Virus record (IMG/VR): IMGVR_UViG_3300041586_000126
Coordinates: 1 to 64,000 of that record
DNA length: 64,000 bases
Direction: 5' to 3' (one strand)
Origin: a virus
A model generated the notes under the pieces. That model ran no database searches and was not told the origin of the DNA. It was given only the letters and a program-made list of their open reading frames with translations. The position numbers were made by a program, and so were the translations under genes. Positions 34,755 to 44,480 of this stretch are shown here, piece by piece. Each line of letters begins with the position of its first letter. Position 1 is the first letter of the stretch.

Positions 34755-35145
34755 AGCATGTAGGTGTACGTAAGGGTACGTAAGGGTGTCCAACGATTCA
34801 AAGTGTGGGTAACGGTGGTGGATTGGTGGTGGTGGGAGTGTAAATTGATATGACATGTGGAAAGCAGTAGGGATGGTATGTGGAGTGGTGGAGGCGTGTC
34901 GCTAACCCATTCACACACCACACAACCACTCTTCGAAATCTCTAAAAATATATACGAACCACACATGAACAATGCATTATCCACAACCTACCCACAATAA
35001 AATTGAAGTATACTCTATTGCTACATGTGAACATTCTTTTTATTCACAATGTTTGGCGCCTCCAAATGTGAATAATGCAATACCCGCTACTTCGCGCGAG
35101 ACCGAATGTTTCATGTCCTGTTGTTAAATGCTTATGCGATAGGAC
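34755..35145. other. Non-coding G/T-rich then C/A-rich segment (possible terminal-repeat boundary)
   Basis: Abrupt compositional skew switch near 34900; no credible ORF. Confidence 0.4.
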
Positions 35146-35199
35146 TTGGAGGCACCGGCAATTGTTCGTATATTTACACCTAATAAAAAAATAAAGGTT

Positions 35200-35688
35200 A
35201 TGAGCAAGTCAAGCGAAATGTATAGTAAGTATGGAGTGGAGAAAGCAACAGCAATGCTATGTAAATCCGAAGATAATGATTGCGTTGTTAGAGCGGTTAT
35301 GAATGCATTTCAGGTTGATTATTTAGATGCACATAATTTTTGTGAAAACAAATTGCTACGCCAATACAAGATGGGAACATACGTTGATAGGTATTTACCT
35401 TACATCCACACCGCATTTAATAAGTCTGTTGTGAGACTGGGTGTTACACGTGGACTTAAGCATAAGGTTAAAGTATACAACAGCATTTTTGATAGAACTG
35501 CTACTAGTACTCAGATTAAACAAATACCAATGAAGGTAGGGGAGTTTGTTAAGGCAAACCCAACCGGGAATTTTTTAATCACAGTAAGAGGTCATGCGAT
35601 ATCGCTCGTAAACGGTGTAATATCAGGTAACAGGGGCGATGGATTGAAAGTAAATAGAGAAATAATGTCAGCATATAAAATTAACTAA
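35200..35688 (+). CDS. Hypothetical early protein
   Basis: NDCVVRA...GHA....G motif; start after the promoter/leader repeat. Confidence 0.7.
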   Translation: MSKSSEMYSKYGVEKATAMLCKSEDNDCVVRAVMNAFQVDYLDAHNFCENKLLRQYKMGTYVDRYLPYIHTAFNKSVVRLGVTRGLKHKVKVYNSIFDRTATSTQIKQIPMKVGEFVKANPTGNFLITVRGHAISLVNGVISGNRGDGLKVNREIMSAYKIN

Positions 35689-35700
35689 ATAAATAATATT

Positions 35701-35841
35701 ATGATACATGAATTTAACAAGTGGATGCAACGGATTGGAAATGTTTATTACTCCGATAATAATAGAATGGCCGAGGCGTTTATACGTTTAGAGCAAACAC
35801 CATTACCGCATGAAAATATTATTAAGAATAAATGCAAATAA
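35701..35841 (+). CDS. Small hypothetical protein (46 aa)
   Basis: MIHEFNKWMQRIGNVYYSDN... Confidence 0.45.
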   Translation: MIHEFNKWMQRIGNVYYSDNNRMAEAFIRLEQTPLPHENIIKNKCK

Positions 35842-35906
35842 ACTTGGTTGAGCCAAATGATGTTCGTATATTTACACCTAATAAGAAAATAAAGGTATAA
35901 TAATAC

Positions 35907-36177
35907 AATTCGTAAGCGTATCCAAGCGGGCAGTAGGGGATAACGAATTAAAATAAATTGTATAATAAGCTAGAAATAGTCAACTTAAGATAAGGCTAGA
36001 GTAAAGTACGAAAGAATACCCGAAAGGGGAATAACGAAGCTCAGCGGTACCAATCAAACGCCTCCACGTGGCGGTACTGGAAAATGGTTATGAACCTCGG
36101 CCGAGGAAAGTAACCAAAACTAAGTTTGAATAATGGTAACTGAAGAATGTTGGTTCGATCCCAACACACCCCCACCA
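35907..36177 (+). ncRNA. Putative structured ncRNA ending in a T-loop hairpin and ACCA
   Basis: Multiple hairpins with GAAA tetraloops (GCTA-GAAA-TAGT, CCC-GAAA-GGG), CGGTAC/GTACTG, TGGTTA/TAACCA; transcribed from the promoter at 35843, which lacks an ATG. Confidence 0.55.
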
Positions 36178-36181
36178 TAAG

Positions 36182-36294
36182 GTGAAGCATTTAGGATACC
36201 GGATGCGTAAGTTATAACAGATCTGCAGGTCTAGAAGTGGTTTGGTTAAAGTCGTACAGGTACAGACACAAGGTTCGAATCCTTGCACTTCACA
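36182..36294 (+). ncRNA. tRNA-like RNA (acceptor and T arm, non-canonical centre)
   Basis: GTGAAG/CTTCAC stem and CAAGG-TTCGAAT-CCTTG; ~112 nt, no standard D or anticodon arm. Confidence 0.55.
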
Positions 36295-36415
36295 AATATA
36301 AACCCCCTATATTCGTAGTCGCGAGTAGGGATGCTTCACAATGACGTGAAACCAAGCCGTGAGGGACTTGGTGGGTATAGTTCGTATATTTACACCTAAT
36401 AAAAAAATAAAAGTT

Positions 36416-36772
36416 ATGAAATTCAAACAATTAAATACATCTCAAGATATGTTAAGTCTTAACCCATTACCAACACCATTATCGTTTAAGAAGATAGCAG
36501 ATACTATGGATGAAGGAGATGTAATGTCGTTTAGATATAATTCCACTGACTATGAGATGGAAATATTTCTAGTATCTAGTAATAAAAAATATATGCATGT
36601 AAAAACCCTACATAAAATAAATTCATTAAGAGGAACTATGAATGTGGGTGATATCAGCAAAACATATATTAAAATGTTTACACACAACATGATGGGCATT
36701 AAATCGAAAGCTAAAATACCGGTGGGCGAGATTACCGATGTTACGATAACAATAAGAAATCTAAGGTGGTAA
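36416..36772 (+). CDS. Hypothetical early protein
   Basis: Start reset after the promoter/leader repeat. Confidence 0.65.
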   Translation: MKFKQLNTSQDMLSLNPLPTPLSFKKIADTMDEGDVMSFRYNSTDYEMEIFLVSSNKKYMHVKTLHKINSLRGTMNVGDISKTYIKMFTHNMMGIKSKAKIPVGEITDVTITIRNLRW

Positions 36773-36774
36773 TG

Positions 36775-37128
36775 CATGCGGATGGACGTGGGTACTGAGG
36801 CGGTACTTACGCCTTATGTATTACGGGGGTGTAACGTACTGGGACGGTTATATCGTGGGCGGGCGGTACGGCGTATGCTGTGTATATCCATGCGCGCTGC
36901 TGTCCGTATATAACGTGGCGTGCGTAGAAAATGGTGGATGGTGACAAATCTATCTCGTACAACTTTACACCCCCGGGAAGTATATACAAATATACTACAC
37001 TCCCCACATTCTAAACCGCGCATTAGCGTTTGGTAAAAACCCAAAACCCAATCAATTCAGAATACCCAAAAAATCTCTCTCAAAAAATTTTTACGTAAGG
37101 AGAAACGGCCGTATCACCTTGCGTATAC
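36775..37128. other. GC-elevated non-coding segment with a G-to-C skew switch (candidate genome terminus/pac region)
   Basis: G-rich 36775-36945, C/A-rich 36960-37080, AAAAAATTTTT at ~37082; convergent transcription. Confidence 0.45.
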
Positions 37129-37446
37129 TTATTTTTTCAATTGGGTTATAGATGTAAAACCATTCCAAAGTGGTTGTTTTGAAATTTCCATTAAATCTAC
37201 TTCTATATCTTCACTATCCAAAGTTATTTCAGAGATGGTTCCACCTTTTGTTTTATATTTTATCAGATATTTAGGTAGGATATTAGAATTATCAACCCAT
37301 TTCCAACCTAAAAGCAACCTACAAAATAGTCGATTAATGGCATTTGGTTTTGTACCTATATAAAATTCTAATTTCACACCTTCTCTATTACCTATTACAT
37401 AACCCCCAGCGTGTGTGTGTATATTTCTTGCTACAAATCCTAACAT
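37129..37446 (-). CDS. Hypothetical protein
   Basis: First of three minus-strand ORFs. Confidence 0.6.
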   Translation of the reverse strand: MLGFVARNIHTHAGGYVIGNREGVKLEFYIGTKPNAINRLFCRLLLGWKWVDNSNILPKYLIKYKTKGGTISEITLDSEDIEVDLMEISKQPLWNGFTSITQLKK

Positions 37447-37466
37447 ATTATATTGTGGTTTATTTA

Positions 37467-37856
37467 TTACTTTAAACGTGATAATGTGAAATTTATCGAC
37501 GTGATTTGTTCAAAAATGTTTTCAAACGCTGTTGAATTCATTTTATCCGTAGCATTCACGGCATTTTTTTGATTATCCAAGAGTGTGTGGATGTGACTAA
37601 TTTTTTCTTCTAACGAGTGCATAATTTTAGCATCATTTTCCTCATATTTCTCAATAGAATGCTCGATATCCTCCAGTCTACTTATGATGTCAACGATATG
37701 TTTTTCTACATCGTTAAATCCCGTAGATGACGTAGAATTACCATTGTATATGTTGGTTTTTGAACCGAAAAACTTATAGTAAACGATAATAGCTAAGTTT
37801 ACCTCTAAAATAAATAAAACTGTTAGTAAAATGGCTGTGTAAGTGATAGTAATCAT
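37467..37856 (-). CDS. Membrane-anchored coiled-coil protein
   Basis: N-terminal hydrophobic helix plus heptad region. Confidence 0.6.
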   Translation of the reverse strand: MITITYTAILLTVLFILEVNLAIIVYYKFFGSKTNIYNGNSTSSTGFNDVEKHIVDIISRLEDIEHSIEKYEENDAKIMHSLEEKISHIHTLLDNQKNAVNATDKMNSTAFENIFEQITSINFTLSRLK

Positions 37857-37868
37857 AATTTTGTTGTT

Positions 37869-38159
37869 TTAAATTGTTTGGTTAATAATGTCGTGCTGTG
37901 TTAATTCTTTAATATAAACTCCTTTATTGAAAAATGCTATTGTAGGGTAGTATTTAATTACACCTGGTAAAAATTTGCAACTCTTAACGTGTTTTAGGGA
38001 ATCCACTATTATTATTGTGTGAATATTTTCTAATTTACGTAAATGTGGTAGGAGTTTTCTACAAGCACCACACCCATCGGATTTAAACATCACTATTAGG
38101 TTATCCATTCCCACGTAATGTTCTAAATCATCACCCTGTAATTCTATTATATCATTCAT
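37869..38159 (-). CDS. Thioredoxin-like protein
   Basis: VMF.SDGCGACR...YPTIAFF.KG. Confidence 0.75.
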   Translation of the reverse strand: MNDIIELQGDDLEHYVGMDNLIVMFKSDGCGACRKLLPHLRKLENIHTIIIVDSLKHVKSCKFLPGVIKYYPTIAFFNKGVYIKELTQHDIINQTI

Positions 38160-38379
38160 ATTGATAATATATGACTTTATTTTAGATAAACCACATTATT
38201 TTGGTGAGATTGTGTATATATGTATTTATTTATTAAGGGAGCGTTAGCAAGTTAGTTTAAGGTTTTTTTATTTTTATATCTTTAATAATAATGCATAGGA
38301 GACTTGGCTTCCCCGGCAATATTTCGTATATTCACGTGTTCGAATGGTTCGAGGCATTAATAATTAAAAATAAAGGTTT

Positions 38380-39189
38380 ATGTTAGATTACAAAAGCAAT
38401 GAGTTCAAAAGTTTAGAAGAGTTAAAGAAAATAGCTCCTAGTATTTTCACAAAGTCCGGATCCTCTGATACTTCCGAAAAGTATACTCACATTCCAACTA
38501 ATAAAGTGATTGGAGATATGGAATTATTAGGATGGCGTGTTGTAGATGCTAAACAAGTAGCTGCAAGAACACAAGCTACTATGGGATTTCAAAAACATTT
38601 AGTTGTTTTTAGAAATGCTGATGTTGTAATTAGTGGAGAGGATGGAGATACTGTTTACCCTCAAATATTACTTACTAACTCACATGATGGTAAAAATTCA
38701 TTTAAATTTACTGCGGGTTTATTTAGAATGATTTGTGAGAATGGTTTAGTTATATCAACCGAAACCTTCGAAGATATTAAGGTTCGTCATATGGGATACG
38801 ATTTCGAAACACTACAAGGTGTTATTAAAGAGATGGTTTTAAAGTTGCCTTTAACTGTTGATTCAATGAACAAAATGAAAGAAATTGAATTATCTGAGGA
38901 TCAGATGTTTGATCTAGCGAAATCATTTTTAGACATAAGAATTGAAGGATCTAGCAATTCATTTAATGATTCAGCTATTTATGATGTTTTAATACCTCAA
39001 AGAAATGCTGATGAAGGAATGGGATTATGGGAAGTTTTTAATAGAGTTCAAGAGAATATTATTGAAGGAAATTTTAAATATAATACCTCCAATGGTAAAA
39101 CCCGTCAAGCTCGAGTTATTAAGAATTTTAAGCAAGATCATGATTTGAATAAAAAATTATTTTCAAGAGCTTTAGAATTTGTAGTATAA
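38380..39189 (+). CDS. DUF932/DUF945-family protein
   Basis: APSIF, KY.HIPT, KHLVVFR, LTNSHDG..SF....GLFR.IC.NGL, LWEVFNRVQEN. Confidence 0.85.
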   Translation: MLDYKSNEFKSLEELKKIAPSIFTKSGSSDTSEKYTHIPTNKVIGDMELLGWRVVDAKQVAARTQATMGFQKHLVVFRNADVVISGEDGDTVYPQILLTNSHDGKNSFKFTAGLFRMICENGLVISTETFEDIKVRHMGYDFETLQGVIKEMVLKLPLTVDSMNKMKEIELSEDQMFDLAKSFLDIRIEGSSNSFNDSAIYDVLIPQRNADEGMGLWEVFNRVQENIIEGNFKYNTSNGKTRQARVIKNFKQDHDLNKKLFSRALEFVV

Positions 39190-39827
39190 TGAATAATTTT
39201 AAGTATATATTATTATTATGTACCTTTGGGGCGTGTAGCCCCGAAGATATTAATGAATCAGTTTGTGTAGATGGGTTATGCAATTCTGAATTCTATATAG
39301 ATACATTAGTTCAACCTAATACTTATCAAGATGTTAATGGATATTGGCATGTTTTTTATTATGGGTTAGGATATTTCACAATTCAGGGGAAATTAGATGA
39401 AATCAATGCAGAAATTAACGGTGTTCCCTTAATTGAAACACAGTATGATTCTGATTATTGGGTAGTGTTTGATAGTATTAATTTTAAAGTACCTACCTAC
39501 TCAGTACTAAGTTGGTTTACAGGAGGCGATTTTAATACTCCAATTTCTATAGGAAATATTGAATATACTTTATCAGATATAGCACAAATAAGTCCTCCTT
39601 TAAATATTTCGGGGTATCAAATTCCTAAACATTTTTGTTGGGAGTGCCCCTATGCTGAGAGTTTATTAGGTACATACAGTAAATATAATTATAAACCTAG
39701 ACAGCAAATATTTTTGGATAATGAGATGATAGGTGATACTTTACAGATATTTATAAAAACTACTTTTAATAATGATATAGGTCCTAGGGAAGTTATAGAA
39801 AAATCATTTAAAATAGTAGTGGATTGA
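39189..39827 (+). CDS. Putative lipoprotein
   Basis: Signal peptide with lipobox FGAC. Confidence 0.65.
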   Translation: MNNFKYILLLCTFGACSPEDINESVCVDGLCNSEFYIDTLVQPNTYQDVNGYWHVFYYGLGYFTIQGKLDEINAEINGVPLIETQYDSDYWVVFDSINFKVPTYSVLSWFTGGDFNTPISIGNIEYTLSDIAQISPPLNISGYQIPKHFCWECPYAESLLGTYSKYNYKPRQQIFLDNEMIGDTLQIFIKTTFNNDIGPREVIEKSFKIVVD

Positions 39828-40120
39828 AACCTTGCCTACTCCATATGCCATAATGACACATAATAACACGTGTTTTAACGTGTTTTAACGCGTAAATACT
39901 CGTATGTGCCATATATAGCATCTTAAAATAATATTACGTTAAATTACAGTATAATTTTTTTAAAACATATATAATGGGAAAAATAATAGTAATGAAGAAA
40001 ACCATTGATTGGCTTGTAATGAGCAAACAATTTGAGGCTGTTGATAATTTAATGGGAGCGGGTTTAGATTGGCAAACTATAAACATGGAAGATGAATCAA
40101 TATATTATAAATTAAATTAA

Positions 40121-40384
40121 ATGAACAAAAGAAAGCCGAGAGTAATACCAACAGTTAAGCCAACTGACAGAGTTAACCTAAATGAAGAATTATATCTATC
40201 CAAACCATCTTCTGATGGTAGAGATGTATTAATTAATGTCTTAATGTCTACTATTAAAGTGATGGAGGAAATGTGGGATTACCACCCATCTAACCCAAAT
40301 AAAATAGATATAATAAGTGAATATTCAAAATTAGAAATAATCAGGGAAGACCTTGAAAAATATTTGGATGCGATGGATATCTAA
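40121..40384 (+). CDS. Hypothetical protein
   Basis: MWDYHPSNP motif. Confidence 0.6.
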   Translation: MNKRKPRVIPTVKPTDRVNLNEELYLSKPSSDGRDVLINVLMSTIKVMEEMWDYHPSNPNKIDIISEYSKLEIIREDLEKYLDAMDI

Positions 40385-40399
40385 TGTATATTTATAATC

Positions 40400-40813
40400 A
40401 TGATAGATGCCAATAAAATTTTTGACCTATTTTCTGAGGGTTCAGATATTAAAAACAGACTACTTGAAGATTTAATAGAAGACCCATTAACTAAAATAGG
40501 TATGTTTGTTAAATTAATACAAAACCACGAAATATTTTATAGGAAATTAAGTCAGTTTTTATCAAAAGATAATCCTGATTATGATGTTGAACAAACTAAA
40601 ACATCGTCCAGTTTTGCGGTTTATAATAGAGCTTGGTTTTATATAAAGCAAATTGATTTGAAAAATAAAGACCACTTAGAAGCAATATTAAAATTTAAAA
40701 GTGAACCCCTCTTAGATACTTTAAGTAAAGCACTTCAATATTTTGAGAATACAGAGCAATATATAATATGCGCTCAATTGCTAACTATAATAAATCTTAA
40801 AAAAAATATATAA
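40400..40813 (+). CDS. Hypothetical protein with UVR-like C-terminus
   Basis: YFENTEQYIICA; TATTTATAAT upstream. Confidence 0.65.
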   Translation: MIDANKIFDLFSEGSDIKNRLLEDLIEDPLTKIGMFVKLIQNHEIFYRKLSQFLSKDNPDYDVEQTKTSSSFAVYNRAWFYIKQIDLKNKDHLEAILKFKSEPLLDTLSKALQYFENTEQYIICAQLLTIINLKKNI

Positions 40814-40869
40814 AATAACTAGGATATTAGAGAAACTTTACATACCTTTGCTATACCGAAATATTAGAA

Positions 40870-40955
40870 AATAAGGGTTAAGAAGATAGGGAATAAGGGA
40901 ATAAGGGAATAAGGGAATAAGGAATAGGGGTTAAGGAGATAGGGAATGGGGGGAA
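40870..40955 (+). repeat. Purine-rich tandem repeat (AGGGAATA)x4 with flanking 21-bp repeats
   Basis: 40888-40919; outer repeats 40874-40894 and 40927-40947. Confidence 0.8.
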
Positions 40956-41010
40956 CAACCTTACCATTTTATGTACACTTATTTTCCATTTCAATATTTA
41001 TAATTAAAAC

Positions 41011-41607
41011 ATGTACACATTATACAAAGATAAGTCTGAAATTTTCGAATGTAAAGTAATGGTAGAGGGGGCTGATTTAAAAAATGCCCAAGCTAGATTA
41101 ATATTAGAAAATGATGAATATTCATTATTATTTAAAGGTAATATAGATTCTGATGGTAAATGTTCTATAGATATCAGACAACTAAAATTTTTATCTGAGA
41201 ACCTTAAAGGTAAAATGAAATTAGAAGTTATAGTGGATAATGATACTTATTTTATACCTTATGAAGATGACTTTATAGTAGATGTAAGTAAAAAAGTAAG
41301 AGTAGAGGTAATACAAACAACTTCACCCTTAATTAGTGATAAAAAAGTTGTAGTAAAAGTTAATAACCCTAACAAACTTATTAAGTCTCCTAAGATTTTA
41401 AATACTTTACCTATATTTGAAATTGCGATTAAAGAAGCATATGATGCTATAAACGATGATACTATTAAGAATTTAAAACCCTTGGTTAAAAAGTTTTTAA
41501 TAAAAGAAATGTTACAAGAAGTAATTGATAAATATAAAATACCATCATCAGATATAAGTAAATTTAATAGAGGGATAATACAGGAAATCAGAAAAAATAA
41601 GTTATAA
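41011..41607 (+). CDS. Hypothetical (probable virion) protein
   Basis: Late-type promoter upstream; beta-rich N-terminal half. Confidence 0.7.
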   Translation: MYTLYKDKSEIFECKVMVEGADLKNAQARLILENDEYSLLFKGNIDSDGKCSIDIRQLKFLSENLKGKMKLEVIVDNDTYFIPYEDDFIVDVSKKVRVEVIQTTSPLISDKKVVVKVNNPNKLIKSPKILNTLPIFEIAIKEAYDAINDDTIKNLKPLVKKFLIKEMLQEVIDKYKIPSSDISKFNRGIIQEIRKNKL

Positions 41608-41610
41608 CAC

Positions 41611-41823
41611 ATGGAAAATAATTTAGAATTTGAAAATATACAAGATACATATCAGAGACTAATACAAGTTGTTGATAATATATTATATGATGGGAGTGGA
41701 AACTTATTAGAACTATCCCTAAATAGTATTGAAAACTTAGAAGCCTACATAATATATAAGGCAAATACCCAAATGCTTAATCAAATAAATTTTATTAATC
41801 TAAGAAATGAAATATGGATTTAA
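41611..41823 (+). CDS. Hypothetical protein
   Basis: IQDTYQRLIQ...YDGSG motif. Confidence 0.6.
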   Translation: MENNLEFENIQDTYQRLIQVVDNILYDGSGNLLELSLNSIENLEAYIIYKANTQMLNQINFINLRNEIWI

Positions 41824-42023
41824 CAATACCAGAAGCAATAATAGCCTTAGAAACAACTAACGCAGAATTATTAGCCAGCGTTAATATATCTAAAAATAAT
41901 ATTGATAGTAGAATAGCAGAAGCCGTGGTTTTATCTGAAAATAAAGCTATTGAACCCTTGTTTGGGGTTGTAACTAATCAGTTGATTACTCAAACCCTAT
42001 TAATAAATTTAATAACATTATAA
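41814..42023 (+). CDS. Hypothetical protein
   Basis: ORF track, coupled to neighbours. Confidence 0.6.
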   Translation: MDLTIPEAIIALETTNAELLASVNISKNNIDSRIAEAVVLSENKAIEPLFGVVTNQLITQTLLINLITL

Positions 42024-42026
42024 AAT

Positions 42027-42635
42027 ATGCCAACTACAGAAGAACTTTTATTAGCCATATCCAATGCCGCAACAGCACAAACCTTAGCTGTAGCAGCTTC
42101 AAAAACTTCAGTTGATAACTTAACTGATAGTTATGTTGATACTAAAAATAAAGTTGATAATGAGCTTAATAATGTAGATAACACTTCAGATTTATCCAAA
42201 CCTCTAAGTGAGGCAGATATATTAGCTTTAAATTTAAAAGTAAATATTAGTGATTTATCTACTATAAATGGTCAATCTATTGTTGGTGGGAGTCCTTTAG
42301 TTATAGCAAGAAGTCTAACTGAATTAGAAACTTTACCCTATGAAGATAGAGGGGCATTAAGGACTCCCATCCCTCCATTACCTTCTTCGGATGATTCTGT
42401 TATAGTTGAGGGAATTGGACTTTTAATTTTTGTAGATTCCTTTACGGAACCAGATGATGATGAAACCTCTTTTATAGCTGTTGACCCCGTAAGTCTTTTA
42501 CCTATTGGACAATGGCTTTTAAATCTAGCGGCACCTGATCTAGCGGATTCATGGGCTACGGATGAAAGACATCTTAGAGATGAACTAGATGAGGATGAAA
42601 TAAGTAGACTTAGCATGTTTTTTACAACAAAATAA
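42027..42635 (+). CDS. Tail-fibre-associated protein
   Basis: LNNVDNTSDLSKPLS and TINGQSI motifs common in phage fibre proteins. Confidence 0.6.
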   Translation: MPTTEELLLAISNAATAQTLAVAASKTSVDNLTDSYVDTKNKVDNELNNVDNTSDLSKPLSEADILALNLKVNISDLSTINGQSIVGGSPLVIARSLTELETLPYEDRGALRTPIPPLPSSDDSVIVEGIGLLIFVDSFTEPDDDETSFIAVDPVSLLPIGQWLLNLAAPDLADSWATDERHLRDELDEDEISRLSMFFTTK

Positions 42636-42658
42636 ATATTATATAAATTAAAACTATT

Positions 42659-44101
42659 ATGAGATTAACAACAAGAAGATTATTAAATGCTATTAAATCT
42701 ACATCGGTACTAGGCGTGGAATTAGAAGAAAGATTAGCTGATGAAGGAACTACCTCGGGTTTTCTTGAAGCGTTAGCTATGCGAAGTGAAACTAGAAGTT
42801 TGGCCGCAAGTCCTACTGCATTAGCAGCTATAATTTCAAGTGCTAGAGCAACTAATTCTATTTTTGCAGCCGCTAGTATAAATAATTCTACTGCTGCTCA
42901 AGCTGTAGTATTAAGTCCCCTAGCAATGAGTATGGTTTCAAATTCATTACCTGCTTTAATTACGGTAATAGAAAACTCAATTTCCTGGAAGTTATTTTAT
43001 GAAAGTTCATTTTATGAAAATAATATAGTAACCATAACAGCATTGTTTGCGGGTAGAAATCCTAGTAATTATAGTTCTATGAATTCCTTAATTGCGGACG
43101 TTGTGGCTATGGCTGAAATATCAGTAAGTAGTAGGGCAATGATGGCTATTGTTCAAAGTGCACCAACAATGGCTATTGTAGTACAAAGTACAAATGCAAT
43201 GGAAAATATTGCAACATCATCTGGGGCCATGAATATATTTGCAAACTCTGATTTAAGTATGAATTTACTATCACAAAGCCCAATAGCTTTATCTCAAGTA
43301 ACTAATGAAGCTAGGCAAATAGTATCATCCATACCCTCTGCTATTAAAATAGTTTCATCATATTCTGCAGTTTGGTTAGGTTTAATTAGTAATTCATCTA
43401 CTTTAGAATCAAATTTATTTAATATAATAACAGGTATAGCGGATTTAGATAAAGCCCTATATTTTAATTCAGTTGAAAATATATTTGATGATGGGGATGC
43501 TATGGCTAAAATAGCAAATATTCTACCTATTATACAAGCTATTACACGTGTGCCTTCGGCCTTAACTTTATTAACTAATAGCCCAAATTTAGGAATAGCT
43601 CTAGCTAACCCTATTACCGTTGGAGTATTAGCAAATGATACGCCCACACTAGTATCTCTTATTCAAAATACAACAGCATTTCCACTATTATTATCAAGCT
43701 CTACTGCTAAAGCAGCTATATTTTCTTCAACCGCTGCTATTGATGCCATAGCGGGAAGTTCGGAAGCTATATCAACTTTAACTGCACTTAAACTAACAAA
43801 AATTGCACCAGCTTTACCAGATGCTCTACCAGCCGTCTTCCAGACATATGGAATACCAGGGAAAACTTTAATACTTACAGTAGTAGCTAACTCGATTGTA
43901 GCAACGTTTGTAGAATTTGAATTTAACGGAACACCTCAATTCGGTTCGAATGCGGGGGTAGGTATCCAAACACCAGGAACTTCATTATCATCAGGACCTG
44001 TTGCACATATTGCGGCCTATACAGATTTAACATGGAATGTAAAAGCCATTGCGGCAACAGCGGGTGCTCAACCTATTATTACTTATGTAGATTTTAATTA
44101 A
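42659..44101 (+). CDS. Ala/Ser-rich helical-repeat protein (probable virion accessory)
   Basis: ~10-aa repeats AM.AI..S.. Confidence 0.65.
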   Translation: MRLTTRRLLNAIKSTSVLGVELEERLADEGTTSGFLEALAMRSETRSLAASPTALAAIISSARATNSIFAAASINNSTAAQAVVLSPLAMSMVSNSLPALITVIENSISWKLFYESSFYENNIVTITALFAGRNPSNYSSMNSLIADVVAMAEISVSSRAMMAIVQSAPTMAIVVQSTNAMENIATSSGAMNIFANSDLSMNLLSQSPIALSQVTNEARQIVSSIPSAIKIVSSYSAVWLGLISNSSTLESNLFNIITGIADLDKALYFNSVENIFDDGDAMAKIANILPIIQAITRVPSALTLLTNSPNLGIALANPITVGVLANDTPTLVSLIQNTTAFPLLLSSSTAKAAIFSSTAAIDAIAGSSEAISTLTALKLTKIAPALPDALPAVFQTYGIPGKTLILTVVANSIVATFVEFEFNGTPQFGSNAGVGIQTPGTSLSSGPVAHIAAYTDLTWNVKAIAATAGAQPIITYVDFN

Positions 44102-44104
44102 TAT

Positions 44105-44413
44105 ATGCCTTTTAATGAAACTAAGGTTCCTCACAAATGGGGTAATGCCCCTGTAATATGGGGTAATAACCCCTTCATATGGAGTGATGTCTTTTACATA
44201 ATAAAAGAAATTATTAATGGAGGGTCTTACCAAGAGGGTTTTAGGGCGTTATCTAAAGAAAAAAAGGAGAAATTTATTAAAGTGGTTTTAACTTTAAAGG
44301 GTATTAAATACGAAGATAAAAAAACAAAATTTAAAAAATATAAAGTGACCGTTAAAGATATAGAAATGGTTATAAAAGAAGTAAAAGTAAGAATGTTAGA
44401 AAATAAAATCTAA
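44105..44413 (+). CDS. Hypothetical protein
   Basis: W-G-N-x-P-x-x-W repeats at the N-terminus. Confidence 0.65.
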   Translation: MPFNETKVPHKWGNAPVIWGNNPFIWSDVFYIIKEIINGGSYQEGFRALSKEKKEKFIKVVLTLKGIKYEDKKTKFKKYKVTVKDIEMVIKEVKVRMLENKI

Positions 44414-44480
44414 AATAACTAGGATATTAAAGAAACTTTACGTACCTTTACTGTATAATAAAATAATAAAAACAATAACT

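Noticed and set aside
30053-36415. Shared N-terminal peptide VRIFTPNKKIKVM in the ORFs at 30053, 32890, 35146 and 36359
   Set aside because: It is the translated promoter/leader repeat, not a protein motif; real starts are the downstream ATGs.
34637-37044. Minus-strand ORFs 34637-34984, 36807-37007 and 36814-37044
   Set aside because: They arise from skewed low-complexity non-coding DNA and have atypical composition.
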